A stretch of DNA of 64,000 nt from Alphaproteobacteria bacterium. Lineage in GTDB: Bacteria; Pseudomonadota; Alphaproteobacteria; JACZXZ01. Position 1 is the stretch's first letter, and every line of letters starts with the position of its first letter. Below are positions 9,964 to 19,536 of the stretch, piece after piece. The DNA lies in assembly GCA_052143835.1 (NCBI GenBank), contig JBKQRV010000093.1, positions 3,135-67,134 on the forward strand, in the 5' to 3' direction. The notes under the pieces were generated by a model. That model did not search any database. It was not told the origin of the DNA and saw nothing but the letters and a program-made list of their open reading frames with translations. A program made the position numbers and the translations under genes.

Positions 9964-10944
9964 TTGGAATCGAACCGGCCGCTCAGCAGGGACCGTGCGC
10001 TCAAGGCCTACCGGGACATGCTGCGCATCCGCATGGTCGAAGAGGCGATTGCGGAGCATTACAGCGAGCAGGAGATGCGTTGTCCTGTCCATTTGTCGGT
10101 CGGACAGGAGGCGGCCGCCGTCGGAGTGTGCCTGGCGCTCACCGACGCCGACCGCGCCTACAGCACGCACCGCTGCCATTCGCATTATCTGGCCAAGGGC
10201 GGACCGCTCAAGCCGATGTTGGCGGAGATCTACGGCAAGGTGGACGGCTGCCTCGGCGGGCGCGGCGGGTCGATGCATCTCACCTCGCCCGAGCATGGCA
10301 TGATGCTGAGCGTGCCGATCGTGGGAAGCTCGATTCCCTTGGCGGTCGGCTCAGCACTCGCGGATACGATCGACGGGCGCGATAGCGTGAGCGTCGCCTT
10401 CTTCGGCGATGCGGCCGTCGAGGAGGGCATCTGGCACGAGAGCGCGAATTTCGCGAGCCTGCGCAAGCTGCCGGTGCTCTTCGTCTGCGAGAACAATCTC
10501 TACTCCGTCTACACCCCGCTCGCCGAGCGCCAGCCGAACCGGCCGCTCACGCAGCTCGCCGAATCGCATGGCATGGCGACGGCGCACGCCGACGGCAACG
10601 ACTTGGACGCGGTCGCGCGCGCCTCGAGCGAAGCGGTCGCGCGCGCCCGGCGCGGCGACGGCCCCAGCTTTCTCCTGCTCGACACCTATCGTTGGCGCGA
10701 GCACTGCGGACCGAATTACGACAATAATATCGGCTACCGCACGCCCGAGGAGTTCGAGTCGTGGCGCGCGCTCGACCCGATCCCGCGCTACCGGCGCGCG
10801 CTCGAAAGCTCCGGCGCGCTCAGCGCCCAGGCGGCAGAGCGCATGGCATCCGAGATCGCTGCGGAGATCGCGGAGGCCTTCGCCTTTGCCAAGGCCTCGC
10901 CCTTGCCCGATGCCAGCGCCGCGGCGAGCACGATATATGCCTGA
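9964..10944 (+). CDS. TPP-dependent dehydrogenase E1 component alpha subunit (PDH/acetoin dehydrogenase E1alpha-like)
   Basis: TPP motif FFGDAAVEEG..x27..CENNLYS; YRDMLRIRMVEE N-terminus. TTG start 11 nt after AGAGGAGAA. No ATG or GTG lies between the upstream stop at 9865 and 9964. Confidence 0.8.
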   Translation: MESNRPLSRDRALKAYRDMLRIRMVEEAIAEHYSEQEMRCPVHLSVGQEAAAVGVCLALTDADRAYSTHRCHSHYLAKGGPLKPMLAEIYGKVDGCLGGRGGSMHLTSPEHGMMLSVPIVGSSIPLAVGSALADTIDGRDSVSVAFFGDAAVEEGIWHESANFASLRKLPVLFVCENNLYSVYTPLAERQPNRPLTQLAESHGMATAHADGNDLDAVARASSEAVARARRGDGPSFLLLDTYRWREHCGPNYDNNIGYRTPEEFESWRALDPIPRYRRALESSGALSAQAAERMASEIAAEIAEAFAFAKASPLPDASAAASTIYA

Positions 10945-12040
10945 GAGCGTCTCGACGATGACCGCGCTCCGTACGATCAGCATGGCCGACGCCATCCGCG
11001 AGGGACTGACGGAAGCGGCCAAGCGCGATCCCTCGGTCATCTTCTTTGCCGAGGGCGTGGCCGACCCGGCCGCGGTCTACGGCACGCTCAAGGGCATCGG
11101 CAGCGTGATCGGCCACGAGCGGATGATCGAGATGCCGGTTGCCGAGGCGGGCCTGTGCGGGGTCGCCATCGGGGCGGCACTCTCCGGCAAGCGGCCGGTG
11201 ATCAGCTTCCACCGGGTCGAGTTCGCGCTGCTCGCGATGGAGCAGATCGTCAACAACGCCGCCAAGACCACCTATATCAGCGGCGGCCGGCACCACGTTC
11301 CGATCGTGCTCCGGCTCGTGGTCGGCCGCGGCTGGGGCCAGGGTCCGGAGCACTCGCAGAGCCTCGAGACGATGTTCTCCTACTTCCCCGGCCTCAAGGT
11401 CGTCATGCCGACCTATCCCGCCGACACCAAGGGCATGGTCGTGGCCGCCGTCGAGGACAACAATCCGGTCATCCTCATCGAGCACCGCTGGTGTCATTAC
11501 GTGCAGGGGCACGTCCCCGAGGGCTATTACCGCGAGGCGATCGACGGGCCGCGCACGATTCGCCAGGGCAAAGACATCACGATCGTCGCCACCAGCTACA
11601 TGGTCCTGGAGGCGATGCGGGCGGCGACGGCGCTCGCGGCGCTCGGCGTGGACGCGGAAGTCATCGACCTGCGCGTTCTGCGGCCGATGGCGCTCGCGCC
11701 GGTTCTCGCCTCCGTGCGCCGCACGGGACGACTCTTGACGGTCGACACCGGCTTCAAGACGCTCGGCATCGGCGCCGAGGTGGTGGCCGAGACGACGGCG
11801 AAGTGCTTCGCCGCGCTTAAGGCGGCACCCCAACGTATCGGGCTCCCGGACCATCCGCTGCCGAGCTCCCGCGGGCTCATCCGCGGCCTCTATCCGGACA
11901 GCATAAGCATCATGCGTACGATCAGCGAGATGCTCAAGCTGCCGGCGGAGCGGGAGGCGCAGGCCGAGGCCGAGCTCGCGGCCCAGCGCGGTAATCTGCC
12001 GATCGATGTGCCCGACCCGTTTTTCAAGGGCCCTTTCTAG
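10937..12040 (+). CDS. TPP-dependent dehydrogenase E1 component beta subunit (transketolase-like)
   Basis: VIFFAEGVADP, GLCGVAIGAALSGKRPV, VVMPTYPADTKGM, and a C-terminal transketolase-C-like domain. The ATG overlaps the alpha stop (ATGCCTGA). A C-terminal 40 aa Ala/Glu-rich extension is present. Confidence 0.8.
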   Translation: MPESVSTMTALRTISMADAIREGLTEAAKRDPSVIFFAEGVADPAAVYGTLKGIGSVIGHERMIEMPVAEAGLCGVAIGAALSGKRPVISFHRVEFALLAMEQIVNNAAKTTYISGGRHHVPIVLRLVVGRGWGQGPEHSQSLETMFSYFPGLKVVMPTYPADTKGMVVAAVEDNNPVILIEHRWCHYVQGHVPEGYYREAIDGPRTIRQGKDITIVATSYMVLEAMRAATALAALGVDAEVIDLRVLRPMALAPVLASVRRTGRLLTVDTGFKTLGIGAEVVAETTAKCFAALKAAPQRIGLPDHPLPSSRGLIRGLYPDSISIMRTISEMLKLPAEREAQAEAELAAQRGNLPIDVPDPFFKGPF

Positions 12041-12088
12041 AACCGACGCCGTCCCTGCCGCGGCAGCCTGAGGAGACGAAGGATCGCC

Positions 12089-13198
12089 ATGCGCGTGCGC
12101 TACTCCCCGCTTGGCCAACAGTTCGCCGAGCCGGACGAGATATTCGAGGAGCTGCGCGCGCTGGTGAAGAGCGGCGACTTCACCTTGGGCAAGGCCGTGG
12201 ACGAGTTCGAGACGGCCTTTGCCGAGACCGTCGGCATCAAGCATGCGATCGGGGTGGGCTCCGGCACGGACGCGCTGAAGATTCCCTTGAAGGCGCTCGG
12301 CATCGGCCCCGGGGACGAGGTGATTACCTGCGCCAATACCTTCTGGGCCACGGTCGGCGCCATCGCCGAGGTCGGCGCGAAGCCGGTCTTCGTCGATTGC
12401 GACGACAGCTTCTGCCTCGATCCCGGGCTGCTCGAGCAGGCGATCACGCCGCGCACCAAGGCGATCATGCCGGTCCATTTGACCGGCGAGGTCGCCGACA
12501 TGCGGCGCATCGGGGCGATCGCCGAGCGCAACGCGCTGCCGCTCGTCGAGGACGGCTGCCAGAGCCTCATGGGCGAGCTCGACGGGGCCAAGGTGGGCAG
12601 CTTCGGCATTGCCTGCGGCTTCTCGATGCATCCCTTGAAGGTCATCAACGTTTGGGGCGATGCGGGGGTCGTCGTCACCAACGACGATGAAATGGACCGG
12701 CTGTGCCGCCTCCTGCGCAACCACGGCCTCAGGAACCGCGACGAGATGGAGATGTTCGGCTACAATTCGCGGCTGGATTCCGTGCAGGCGGTCGTCGGCA
12801 AATGGATCTTGCGCCAGATCGACTGGATCGTCGAAACGCGCGCGAAGAACGCGGCCTATTACGACGAGGGCCTGAAGGACATTCCCGGCATCCGCGTGCC
12901 GCCGCGCAATCCGCGCTCCAAGAACGTCTACCTCCTCTATATGGTCTTTGCCGAGCGGCGCGACGAGCTGGTGCGGCACTGCCTCGCGGCCGGCGTTGAG
13001 GCCAAGGTGCATTACCCCGTTCCCCTCTATCGCCAGCCCGCACTCGCCTTTCTCGCCCACCGTCCGGGCGATTTCCCCGTGACCGACCGCCACGCCGCCT
13101 CCGTCATCAGCTTTCCGGTCGACCAGCATCTCGGCAGGCCCGAGCAGGATCACGTCATCTCAACCGTGCGGAATTTCTATCGCGGAGCCCCATCATGA
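12089..13198 (+). CDS. DegT/DnrJ/EryC1/StrS-family PLP-dependent sugar aminotransferase/dehydratase
   Basis: GVGSGTDAL; FSMHPLKVINVWGDAG (PLP lysine); NHGLRNRDEMEMFGYNSRLD. GAGGAG Shine-Dalgarno 13 nt upstream of the ATG. Confidence 0.85.
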   Translation: MRVRYSPLGQQFAEPDEIFEELRALVKSGDFTLGKAVDEFETAFAETVGIKHAIGVGSGTDALKIPLKALGIGPGDEVITCANTFWATVGAIAEVGAKPVFVDCDDSFCLDPGLLEQAITPRTKAIMPVHLTGEVADMRRIGAIAERNALPLVEDGCQSLMGELDGAKVGSFGIACGFSMHPLKVINVWGDAGVVVTNDDEMDRLCRLLRNHGLRNRDEMEMFGYNSRLDSVQAVVGKWILRQIDWIVETRAKNAAYYDEGLKDIPGIRVPPRNPRSKNVYLLYMVFAERRDELVRHCLAAGVEAKVHYPVPLYRQPALAFLAHRPGDFPVTDRHAASVISFPVDQHLGRPEQDHVISTVRNFYRGAPS

Positions 13199-14307
13199 GC
13201 GAGGCCAAGGTCCCCTTCATCGATCTCAAGCAGCGCTTCGTCGAGGAGCGCGAGGAGCTGCTCGCCTGCGTCGAGCGCGTGCTCGCCAAGGGCCACGTCA
13301 TACTCACGCCGGAGGTGCGCGAGCTCGAGGAGGCGGTCGAGCGCTACACCGGGGCCAAGCATTGCATCAGCCTCAACTCGGGCACGGATGCGCTGATGCT
13401 CGGCCTCTGGGCCTGCGGCATCGGCAAGGGCGACGAGGTGATTCACCCGCCGATCTCGTTCGTGGCGACGACTGCCGCCATCGTGCACATCGGCGCCACG
13501 CCGGTCTTCGCCGACGTGGGGCCGGACCAGCTCATCGATCCGGCCCAGATCGAGCGCCGCATCACGCCGCGCACAAAGGCCATCATGCCGGTGCACTGGA
13601 CGGGGCGCATGTGCAACATGCCCGCCATCCTCGACATCGCCAAGCGCCACAATCTCGTGGTGGTGGAGGATTCGGCGCAGTCGATGGGGTCGTATATGAG
13701 CGGCAAGCACGGCGGCACTTTCGGCCGGGCGGGTGCGATCTCCTGCCACGCGCTCAAGAACTTCAACGCGATCGGCGACGGCGGCCTCCTCCTCACCGAC
13801 GACGACGAGATCGACAAGAAGCTCCGCCTCTATCACAACCACGGCATAGCCTCGCGCGACAATATCGTGATCTACGGCGTCAATAGCCGGTTGGACGCCG
13901 TGAGCGCGGAAGTGCTCAAGTTCCGCCTGACCAGGCTCGAAAGCGTCGTCGGCCGGCGCCGTCGCAATGCCAACCTCTATCGCCAGCTCATCAAGGCGCG
14001 CCAGGTGACGATCCCGGAGGAGAAGCCCGGCACCAAGGACGCCTACGTCATGTTCCTCGTCCTCGCCGAGCGGCGCGACGCGCTCAAGGAGGCGCTCGCC
14101 AAGGACGGCATCGAGACGCTCGTCTATTACGGCACGGCACTCCACCTGCACGAGGCGGCGAAGAAGCTCGGCTACAAGAGGGGCGACTTCCCCGCCGCCG
14201 AGAAGCAGTGCGACATGGTGCTGGCGCTGCCGCACCATCAGCACCTGACCGAGGACCAGATCGGCTTCGTGGCCGACAAGGTGAACCGCTTCTACGGGGT
14301 CAACTGA
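13195..14307 (+). CDS. DegT-family PLP-dependent sugar aminotransferase, paralog 2
   Basis: NSGTDAL; ISCHALKNFNAIGDGG; NHGIASRDNIVIYGVNSRLD. ATGA start/stop overlap with the upstream DegT. Confidence 0.85.
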   Translation: MSEAKVPFIDLKQRFVEEREELLACVERVLAKGHVILTPEVRELEEAVERYTGAKHCISLNSGTDALMLGLWACGIGKGDEVIHPPISFVATTAAIVHIGATPVFADVGPDQLIDPAQIERRITPRTKAIMPVHWTGRMCNMPAILDIAKRHNLVVVEDSAQSMGSYMSGKHGGTFGRAGAISCHALKNFNAIGDGGLLLTDDDEIDKKLRLYHNHGIASRDNIVIYGVNSRLDAVSAEVLKFRLTRLESVVGRRRRNANLYRQLIKARQVTIPEEKPGTKDAYVMFLVLAERRDALKEALAKDGIETLVYYGTALHLHEAAKKLGYKRGDFPAAEKQCDMVLALPHHQHLTEDQIGFVADKVNRFYGVN

Positions 14308-14311
14308 GGCG

Positions 14312-14968
14312 ATGATCGGCGGCCCGGTTCTCGTCATAGCCCCGCACGCGCTCGACGAGGTCCTCGGCTGCGGCGGCACTGTGGCACGGCACGCAGGTGC
14401 TGGTGCCAGGGTCGACATTCTGGTGCTCATGGGCGACGGCAGCGGGCGCGACGCGGCGCGGCGCACGGCTGCCGGCCGGGCCGCCGAGCTCTTGGGCGCG
14501 CGGCCTCCTCGCCTTGCCGGCTTCCCCGAGAACCGCAGCGACACCATCCCGCTCCTCGAGCTGGTGGGTGCGGTCGAGCGCGCGCTACGCGAGCTCTCCC
14601 CCGAGACCGTCTATGTGAGCCCTGCCGGCAGCCTCAACCTCGACCATCGCCGTGTCTTCGAGGCGAGCGTGACCGCACTCCGGCCGCAGCCGGGCCTCTC
14701 CGTGCGCGCGGTCTATGCCTACGAGATTCTCTCGAGCACCAACTGGGCGCCGCGCGGCGTGGGCCTTCCCTTCGAGCCGCAGCGCTTCGTCGACGTGAGC
14801 CAAGTCTTCGCGCTCAAGCTCGCCGCACTCGCGCTCTACGGCGACGAGATGCGCCCCTTTCCCCATGCCCGCTCGTTGGAGGCCGTGAAAGCGCATGCCG
14901 CCTATCGTGGCAGCACGATCGGCGTCGCCCATGCCGAGGCCTTCGAGGTGGTGCGGGAGATCGGTTAG
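14312..14968 (+). CDS. PIG-L/LmbE-family N-acetyl-sugar deacetylase-like protein (variant active-site motif)
   Basis: VIAPHALDEVLGCGGT, against the family consensus AHPDDEVLGCGGT; the C-terminal YRGSTIGVAHAEAFEVV is typical of the family. Confidence 0.7.
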   Translation: MIGGPVLVIAPHALDEVLGCGGTVARHAGAGARVDILVLMGDGSGRDAARRTAAGRAAELLGARPPRLAGFPENRSDTIPLLELVGAVERALRELSPETVYVSPAGSLNLDHRRVFEASVTALRPQPGLSVRAVYAYEILSSTNWAPRGVGLPFEPQRFVDVSQVFALKLAALALYGDEMRPFPHARSLEAVKAHAAYRGSTIGVAHAEAFEVVREIG

Positions 14969-15010
14969 CGGTTTGCGCCGACAACGACAAAGAGCGGCGA
15001 GAGGGAAATC

Positions 15011-16462
15011 GTGAATTTCACCCAGCCGGAATTCCTCATCCTCTTCTCCCTGTTTTTGCCGATCTATTTCATGTTGCGGAGACGGCTGCGCGCGCAGACG
15101 CTCGCGCTCACGCTCGCAAGCTATATCTTCTATGCGTGGTTCGACTGGCGGTTCCTTGGCTTGCTGCTTCTTTCCACGGTCGTCGATTTCTATTTTGCCA
15201 TCGTGATCGACTATGCGAAGCATTCTGAGAAGCAGCCGTATCCGATCAACGTCGCCAAATGCACATTATGGGCGAGCGTCGCCTACAATCTGGCGGTCCT
15301 TGGTTTCTTCAAGTATTTCGATTTCTTCATGGGCTCGTTTCAAGCTTTGTTTGATCATCTTGGAATTCGCGAGTCTCTTCCTGTCCTGCAAATTGTGCTT
15401 CCAGCGGGCATATCGTTCTACACGTTCCAGTCCTTGAGCTACGTGATCGACGTCTATGACGGCAAGCTGCGCGCGACGAACCGTCTCGCGGACTACGCCG
15501 CCTACATCAGCTTCTTCCCGCATCTCGTCTCCGGCCCCATTCTGCGCGGCGCCTACCTCATGCCGAAGATCGTCCATGAGCGCAAAATGTCGCTGCCCTT
15601 GGCCTTGAGCGGACTGCAGCTCGCTCTTTGGGGCTATTTCACCAAGCTGGTCCTGGCCGACAACATGGCCTCCATCGTGAACCGTATCTTCCTCAACCCC
15701 TCGCCGCATGGCGCCGGGGTCATCATCGCGACCTACGCGTTCGCTTTCCAGATCTACGGCGATTTCATGGGCTACACGAATATCGCGCGCGGCATTTCGA
15801 GGATGATGGGCTTCGAGCTCGTGCTCAACTTCAATCTCCCCTATTTCGCGGCGAACCCCGGCGATTTCTGGCGGCGCTGGCACATCAGCCTTTCGAGCTG
15901 GCTGCGCGACTATCTCTATATCCGCCTCGGCGGGAACCGCAACGGGCGGCTCCAAACCTATCGCAATCTGCTTATCACCATGATCCTCGGCGGCCTGTGG
16001 CACGGCGCGGCGTGGAACTTCATCATCTGGGGAGCCTATCACGGAGTCTTGCTCGCCATTCATCGCGCATTTCGCGACGGCAAGCGAGTCTTGTCGGCAG
16101 CGGTGGCGGATCAAGGGGGGGGCCGCGTGCTCAATGGACTGAAGATCGTCTGCTTCTTTCAGCTCACCTGCATCGGCTGGCTCATTTTTCGCGCCCGCGG
16201 CTTTCACGACATTATTGCCAAATTCAAGGCCGTGCTGCTCTATACCAAGCTCGACGATTTTTGGACGCCGGACGCTGCGTATCTCGTGGCATTTGCGGTG
16301 CCGTTCGTGGCATTCGAGGTATATCAATACCTCTCCGGCCAACTCGAGCCCTGGCGCCGCTGGCCCTGGCCGATCCGGACCTTGTGGTATGCCGCATTGC
16401 TGATCTTGATCGCGATCTTGATGCCCGAAGTGGAGACGCCGTTTATCTATTTCCAATTCTAG
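15011..16462 (+). CDS. MBOAT-family membrane-bound O-acyltransferase (AlgI/DltB-like)
   Basis: Classic AlgI N-terminus MNFTQPEFLILFSLFLPIYF; FWRRWHISLSSWLRDYLYIRLGG; WHGAAWNFIIWGAYHG (catalytic His region). GTG start after GAGGGAAATC. Confidence 0.85.
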   Translation: MNFTQPEFLILFSLFLPIYFMLRRRLRAQTLALTLASYIFYAWFDWRFLGLLLLSTVVDFYFAIVIDYAKHSEKQPYPINVAKCTLWASVAYNLAVLGFFKYFDFFMGSFQALFDHLGIRESLPVLQIVLPAGISFYTFQSLSYVIDVYDGKLRATNRLADYAAYISFFPHLVSGPILRGAYLMPKIVHERKMSLPLALSGLQLALWGYFTKLVLADNMASIVNRIFLNPSPHGAGVIIATYAFAFQIYGDFMGYTNIARGISRMMGFELVLNFNLPYFAANPGDFWRRWHISLSSWLRDYLYIRLGGNRNGRLQTYRNLLITMILGGLWHGAAWNFIIWGAYHGVLLAIHRAFRDGKRVLSAAVADQGGGRVLNGLKIVCFFQLTCIGWLIFRARGFHDIIAKFKAVLLYTKLDDFWTPDAAYLVAFAVPFVAFEVYQYLSGQLEPWRRWPWPIRTLWYAALLILIAILMPEVETPFIYFQF

Positions 16463-16484
16463 AAGGAGCGGGCCGGATTTGAGG

Positions 16485-17645
16485 ATGCGCCCTGCACAGT
16501 CGGGAGCCTCGACGGATCCGCTGGGGAAGGGAGCGGCGCGACGCGCTCTTTTCTCTCGTGTGCCGGGTGCGCGCGACCTCGTCATCGCCCTGCTGCTCGG
16601 CGCGGCCATCCTGCTGGGCTTCGACGCGCTCGGCGGAAGGATCGAGCTCCTGGGCCGCCTGCACCTCTGGCATGCGCAATGGCATCTCTGGGTAGAGCGG
16701 CATTTCCCGGCGTCCGCGGCCGGGATCGGGGCAGCCGCTTCGGCGCAACCCGTGGCGACGGATTTCCGTCTCAAGCGCGACCCGTTCCTTGTTTTTACCA
16801 AGGAGGACGGTCTTCGCTACCACCCCTTGATCGATTTCGCGGGCGCGCAGTTTCCCGGCGCGCGATCCTCCTACGAGAAGCGGGACTTCTTCGGGTTCCG
16901 CAACGACTTCAATGCCTATCTCAATCCGGGAAGCTATACCTATATCGTCATGACGGGGAACAGCGAGCTGGTGGGGGCGACCCACACGACGACGATCGCG
17001 CAGGACCTGGAATTCATCCTCAATACGCGGTCTGAGAGGAAATATCGCGTTCTCAATCTCGGCTTGAACAGCGCCACCTCCTCGAACGAGATAAATTTCT
17101 TCGTCAATTTGGCCTTCAATCTCCATCCTGAATTCGTCATCAGCCACTCATTCGTCACCGATATGCGCGATTGCGACAAGGAGGCGCCGGAATTCCAGAA
17201 GATCGGCATGTTTTTCCCGGACTTCGAAACGAAATGGATTAGGCTGGACGATGCTGCGAATTACGACCCAGAGGGTCCGGCGCGGTTTCGCGGCCCGCCG
17301 TCGGAAAAGTATCTACTCGAGGGCTTCGTGCGGGACTTGCAACGTTATCGGGCGATTGCCGCGGCGAGCGGCGCGCGCTTCATATTCGGGCTGCAAAAGT
17401 TCGATGAGAGCCGTGCCAAAGGGACGCCAGGCGAGGCAGACTGGGCGCGCGTCAAGCGCATGTACGAGAATTTCAAGGCCCTCCTCCGTGAACACCCATT
17501 GAAGATCGACATGATCGACTTCAATTCGGTCGCCGAAGTGCACCTCGCTTCCTCGACCGACCCGATGCATACGACGAACGCCAGCGCGCGGCGCATCGCC
17601 GAAATATACGCTGACCGCATTTTGGCCCTTGAAAGGCAACAATGA
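16485..17645 (+). CDS. AlgJ/AlgX/DltD-like periplasmic O-acyltransferase partner of MBOAT, paralog 1 (N-terminal membrane anchor)
   Basis: Single N-terminal TM helix; YTYIVMTGNSE block; C-terminal DPMHTTNASARRIAEIYAD (D..H catalytic-type motif). Sits immediately downstream of the MBOAT gene. Confidence 0.5.
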   Translation: MRPAQSGASTDPLGKGAARRALFSRVPGARDLVIALLLGAAILLGFDALGGRIELLGRLHLWHAQWHLWVERHFPASAAGIGAAASAQPVATDFRLKRDPFLVFTKEDGLRYHPLIDFAGAQFPGARSSYEKRDFFGFRNDFNAYLNPGSYTYIVMTGNSELVGATHTTTIAQDLEFILNTRSERKYRVLNLGLNSATSSNEINFFVNLAFNLHPEFVISHSFVTDMRDCDKEAPEFQKIGMFFPDFETKWIRLDDAANYDPEGPARFRGPPSEKYLLEGFVRDLQRYRAIAAASGARFIFGLQKFDESRAKGTPGEADWARVKRMYENFKALLREHPLKIDMIDFNSVAEVHLASSTDPMHTTNASARRIAEIYADRILALERQQ

Positions 17646-17790
17646 GCCGGGTCTGCGAGAACGTGCGCAACAGGCGGCAACCAGCGGAAGCCGAGGCCGG
17701 CCCTCGCGCGAGCGGAGAATTGCGGCGGGGCCGCGCGCGCGGCCGGCGGCCGGCGTCTCGACGAGGCACCTTGGTCGACAGGCATCGCCC

Positions 17791-19035
17791 ATGAATGGCA
17801 TCCGCACGATCGCGTCGGCGGCAAGGCTGCGGCGTGGATCGCTCGCGCGCATGCTGCGGAGAAAGCGGACGACCGCGCGGGAGTTCCTGCTCGCAGTGCT
17901 TCTTGCCGGAACGGTCCTCTTCGCTTTCGGCGCGGCGGGCGGCAAGATCGAGCTGTGGAACCGCTTGTATCTCTGGTATGCGTCAAAGGAGATCGCGGCA
18001 CAGGACCATGCGTTGCCTTTGCAGGCGAAGGGCGAGCGGACCGCCGCCTCCGAAGACGCCGCCGGCGAGTTTCGCCTCGACCACGATCCGTTCCTGACCT
18101 TCACCAAAAGGACCGGGTTCCGTCTCCATCCGTTGATCGATTTCGTGGGAGCGAACTTTAACGACGACAAGGACATTTTTATGGGGCAAACCACGGAGCA
18201 CTATTGGCAGGATCGGGATTTTTTCGGATTTCGCAATAATTTCAACGCCTATTTCGATCCCGGGGGCTATACCTACATCGTCATGACCGGCAATAGCGAG
18301 GCGGTCGGCTTCCGGCACGAGACGACGATCGCGCAGAATCTGCAAAGCATTCTGGAGGCGCGCACCGGGAAGCGATACCGCGTCTTGAATTTGGCGCTGA
18401 ACAGCGCGACCAGCGCGAACGAGATCAACTATTTCATCAATCTGGGGTTCGATCTTCATCCCGCGTTCGTCATCAGCCACGGGTTTGCAATGGACATGCT
18501 CTACGGCTATCAGGTGGCGCCCGAATTTCAGTCGATGGGACTATTCTATCACGCCTTGGCGAAAATCCAAGCCGAACGCATTCATGCGGGGAATTTCGAT
18601 CCGCGAGCGTTCGAGCTCGCCGAGCAATCGGTCTCGGAAGGGCATTTGCTCGAGGGCTGCATCCGCAATCTGGAGCGCTACCGCGCCATCGCCGAGGCAA
18701 GCGGCGCCAAGTTCATCCTGGGAATCCAGAAATTCGATGCCAGCCGCGTCAAGGGATTGCCAGGGCCGATCGGCGAGTCCGGCTATGATCGCGTCGCCCG
18801 CATGTACACGAAATTCAAGGAAATCCTTGCCCGCGGCCAATTGGACCTGGATGTCATCGATTTCAATACATATCCCGGTATCGAGCTGGCCGTCGCAACC
18901 GATGCGATACACACCACGGAGGCGAGCTCCCGGAGAATTGCGGAGATTTACGCCGATCACATACTGGCATTGGAAAAGAGCGGCGCGCGGGGGCTGCTCG
19001 GCACGCCTGCGAAGTCGAACGCCGAAGCCGAATGA
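17791..19035 (+). CDS. AlgJ/DltD-like periplasmic O-acyltransferase partner, paralog 2
   Basis: Colinear with 16485..17645: YTYIVMTGNSEAVG, DAIHTTEASSRRIAEIYADHILALE. Start taken at MNGIRT; the track ORF starts at 17629. Confidence 0.5.
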   Translation: MNGIRTIASAARLRRGSLARMLRRKRTTAREFLLAVLLAGTVLFAFGAAGGKIELWNRLYLWYASKEIAAQDHALPLQAKGERTAASEDAAGEFRLDHDPFLTFTKRTGFRLHPLIDFVGANFNDDKDIFMGQTTEHYWQDRDFFGFRNNFNAYFDPGGYTYIVMTGNSEAVGFRHETTIAQNLQSILEARTGKRYRVLNLALNSATSANEINYFINLGFDLHPAFVISHGFAMDMLYGYQVAPEFQSMGLFYHALAKIQAERIHAGNFDPRAFELAEQSVSEGHLLEGCIRNLERYRAIAEASGAKFILGIQKFDASRVKGLPGPIGESGYDRVARMYTKFKEILARGQLDLDVIDFNTYPGIELAVATDAIHTTEASSRRIAEIYADHILALEKSGARGLLGTPAKSNAEAE

Positions 19036-19536
19036 ACGAGGTCCGAGGTGGGCGAGGGGAATGCATGTTCGTTGGAGATCACCATGGAGGCGCCGCGACG
19101 GCGCTCTGTCTAACGTACGCTCGCTCGACGCCGCCGAGACGCGTGCCACCCAAGAATTCGCTCGAATTCGTACGTTCTGAACGACGCGCATGAGGTGCTT
19201 GTACCGGCGCACGGCAAGGCCGCGGCGGCTCATCCAGGGCGCGCTCGGCGTCATGCCTGCGTCGCCGCATTGGCCTATCCAGTGAGCCGCGATTGAGCAG
19301 CGCCTTGCGGTCGATCGCGAAACAGTGCATCCTGACATCCACGGCCGCAATCCAACGGAGCATGTCGGTCGACGAGCGCACTGTCGCGAAGTAGCGCTCG
19401 ATGCGAAGCCCCCATGGTCGACCCGCTTGCGTTGGCCTGCCATTCTTGGGCTCGAGGATCAAAGACCGACTTGGCAAGAGCCTTGGCATGCGCGTCGAGA
19501 AGCAGGACGGCTGAGGGATCAAGAGCAATATTGAGA

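Noticed and set aside
10820-13153. 777 aa minus-strand ORF antisense to E1beta and DegT
   Set aside because: Arg/Ala/Gly/His-rich low-complexity translation typical of high-GC antisense frames. The + strand carries unambiguous TPP-E1 and DegT signatures.
13177-14547. 456 aa minus-strand ORF across DegT-2 and PIG-L
   Set aside because: Antisense to two genes with strong family motifs.
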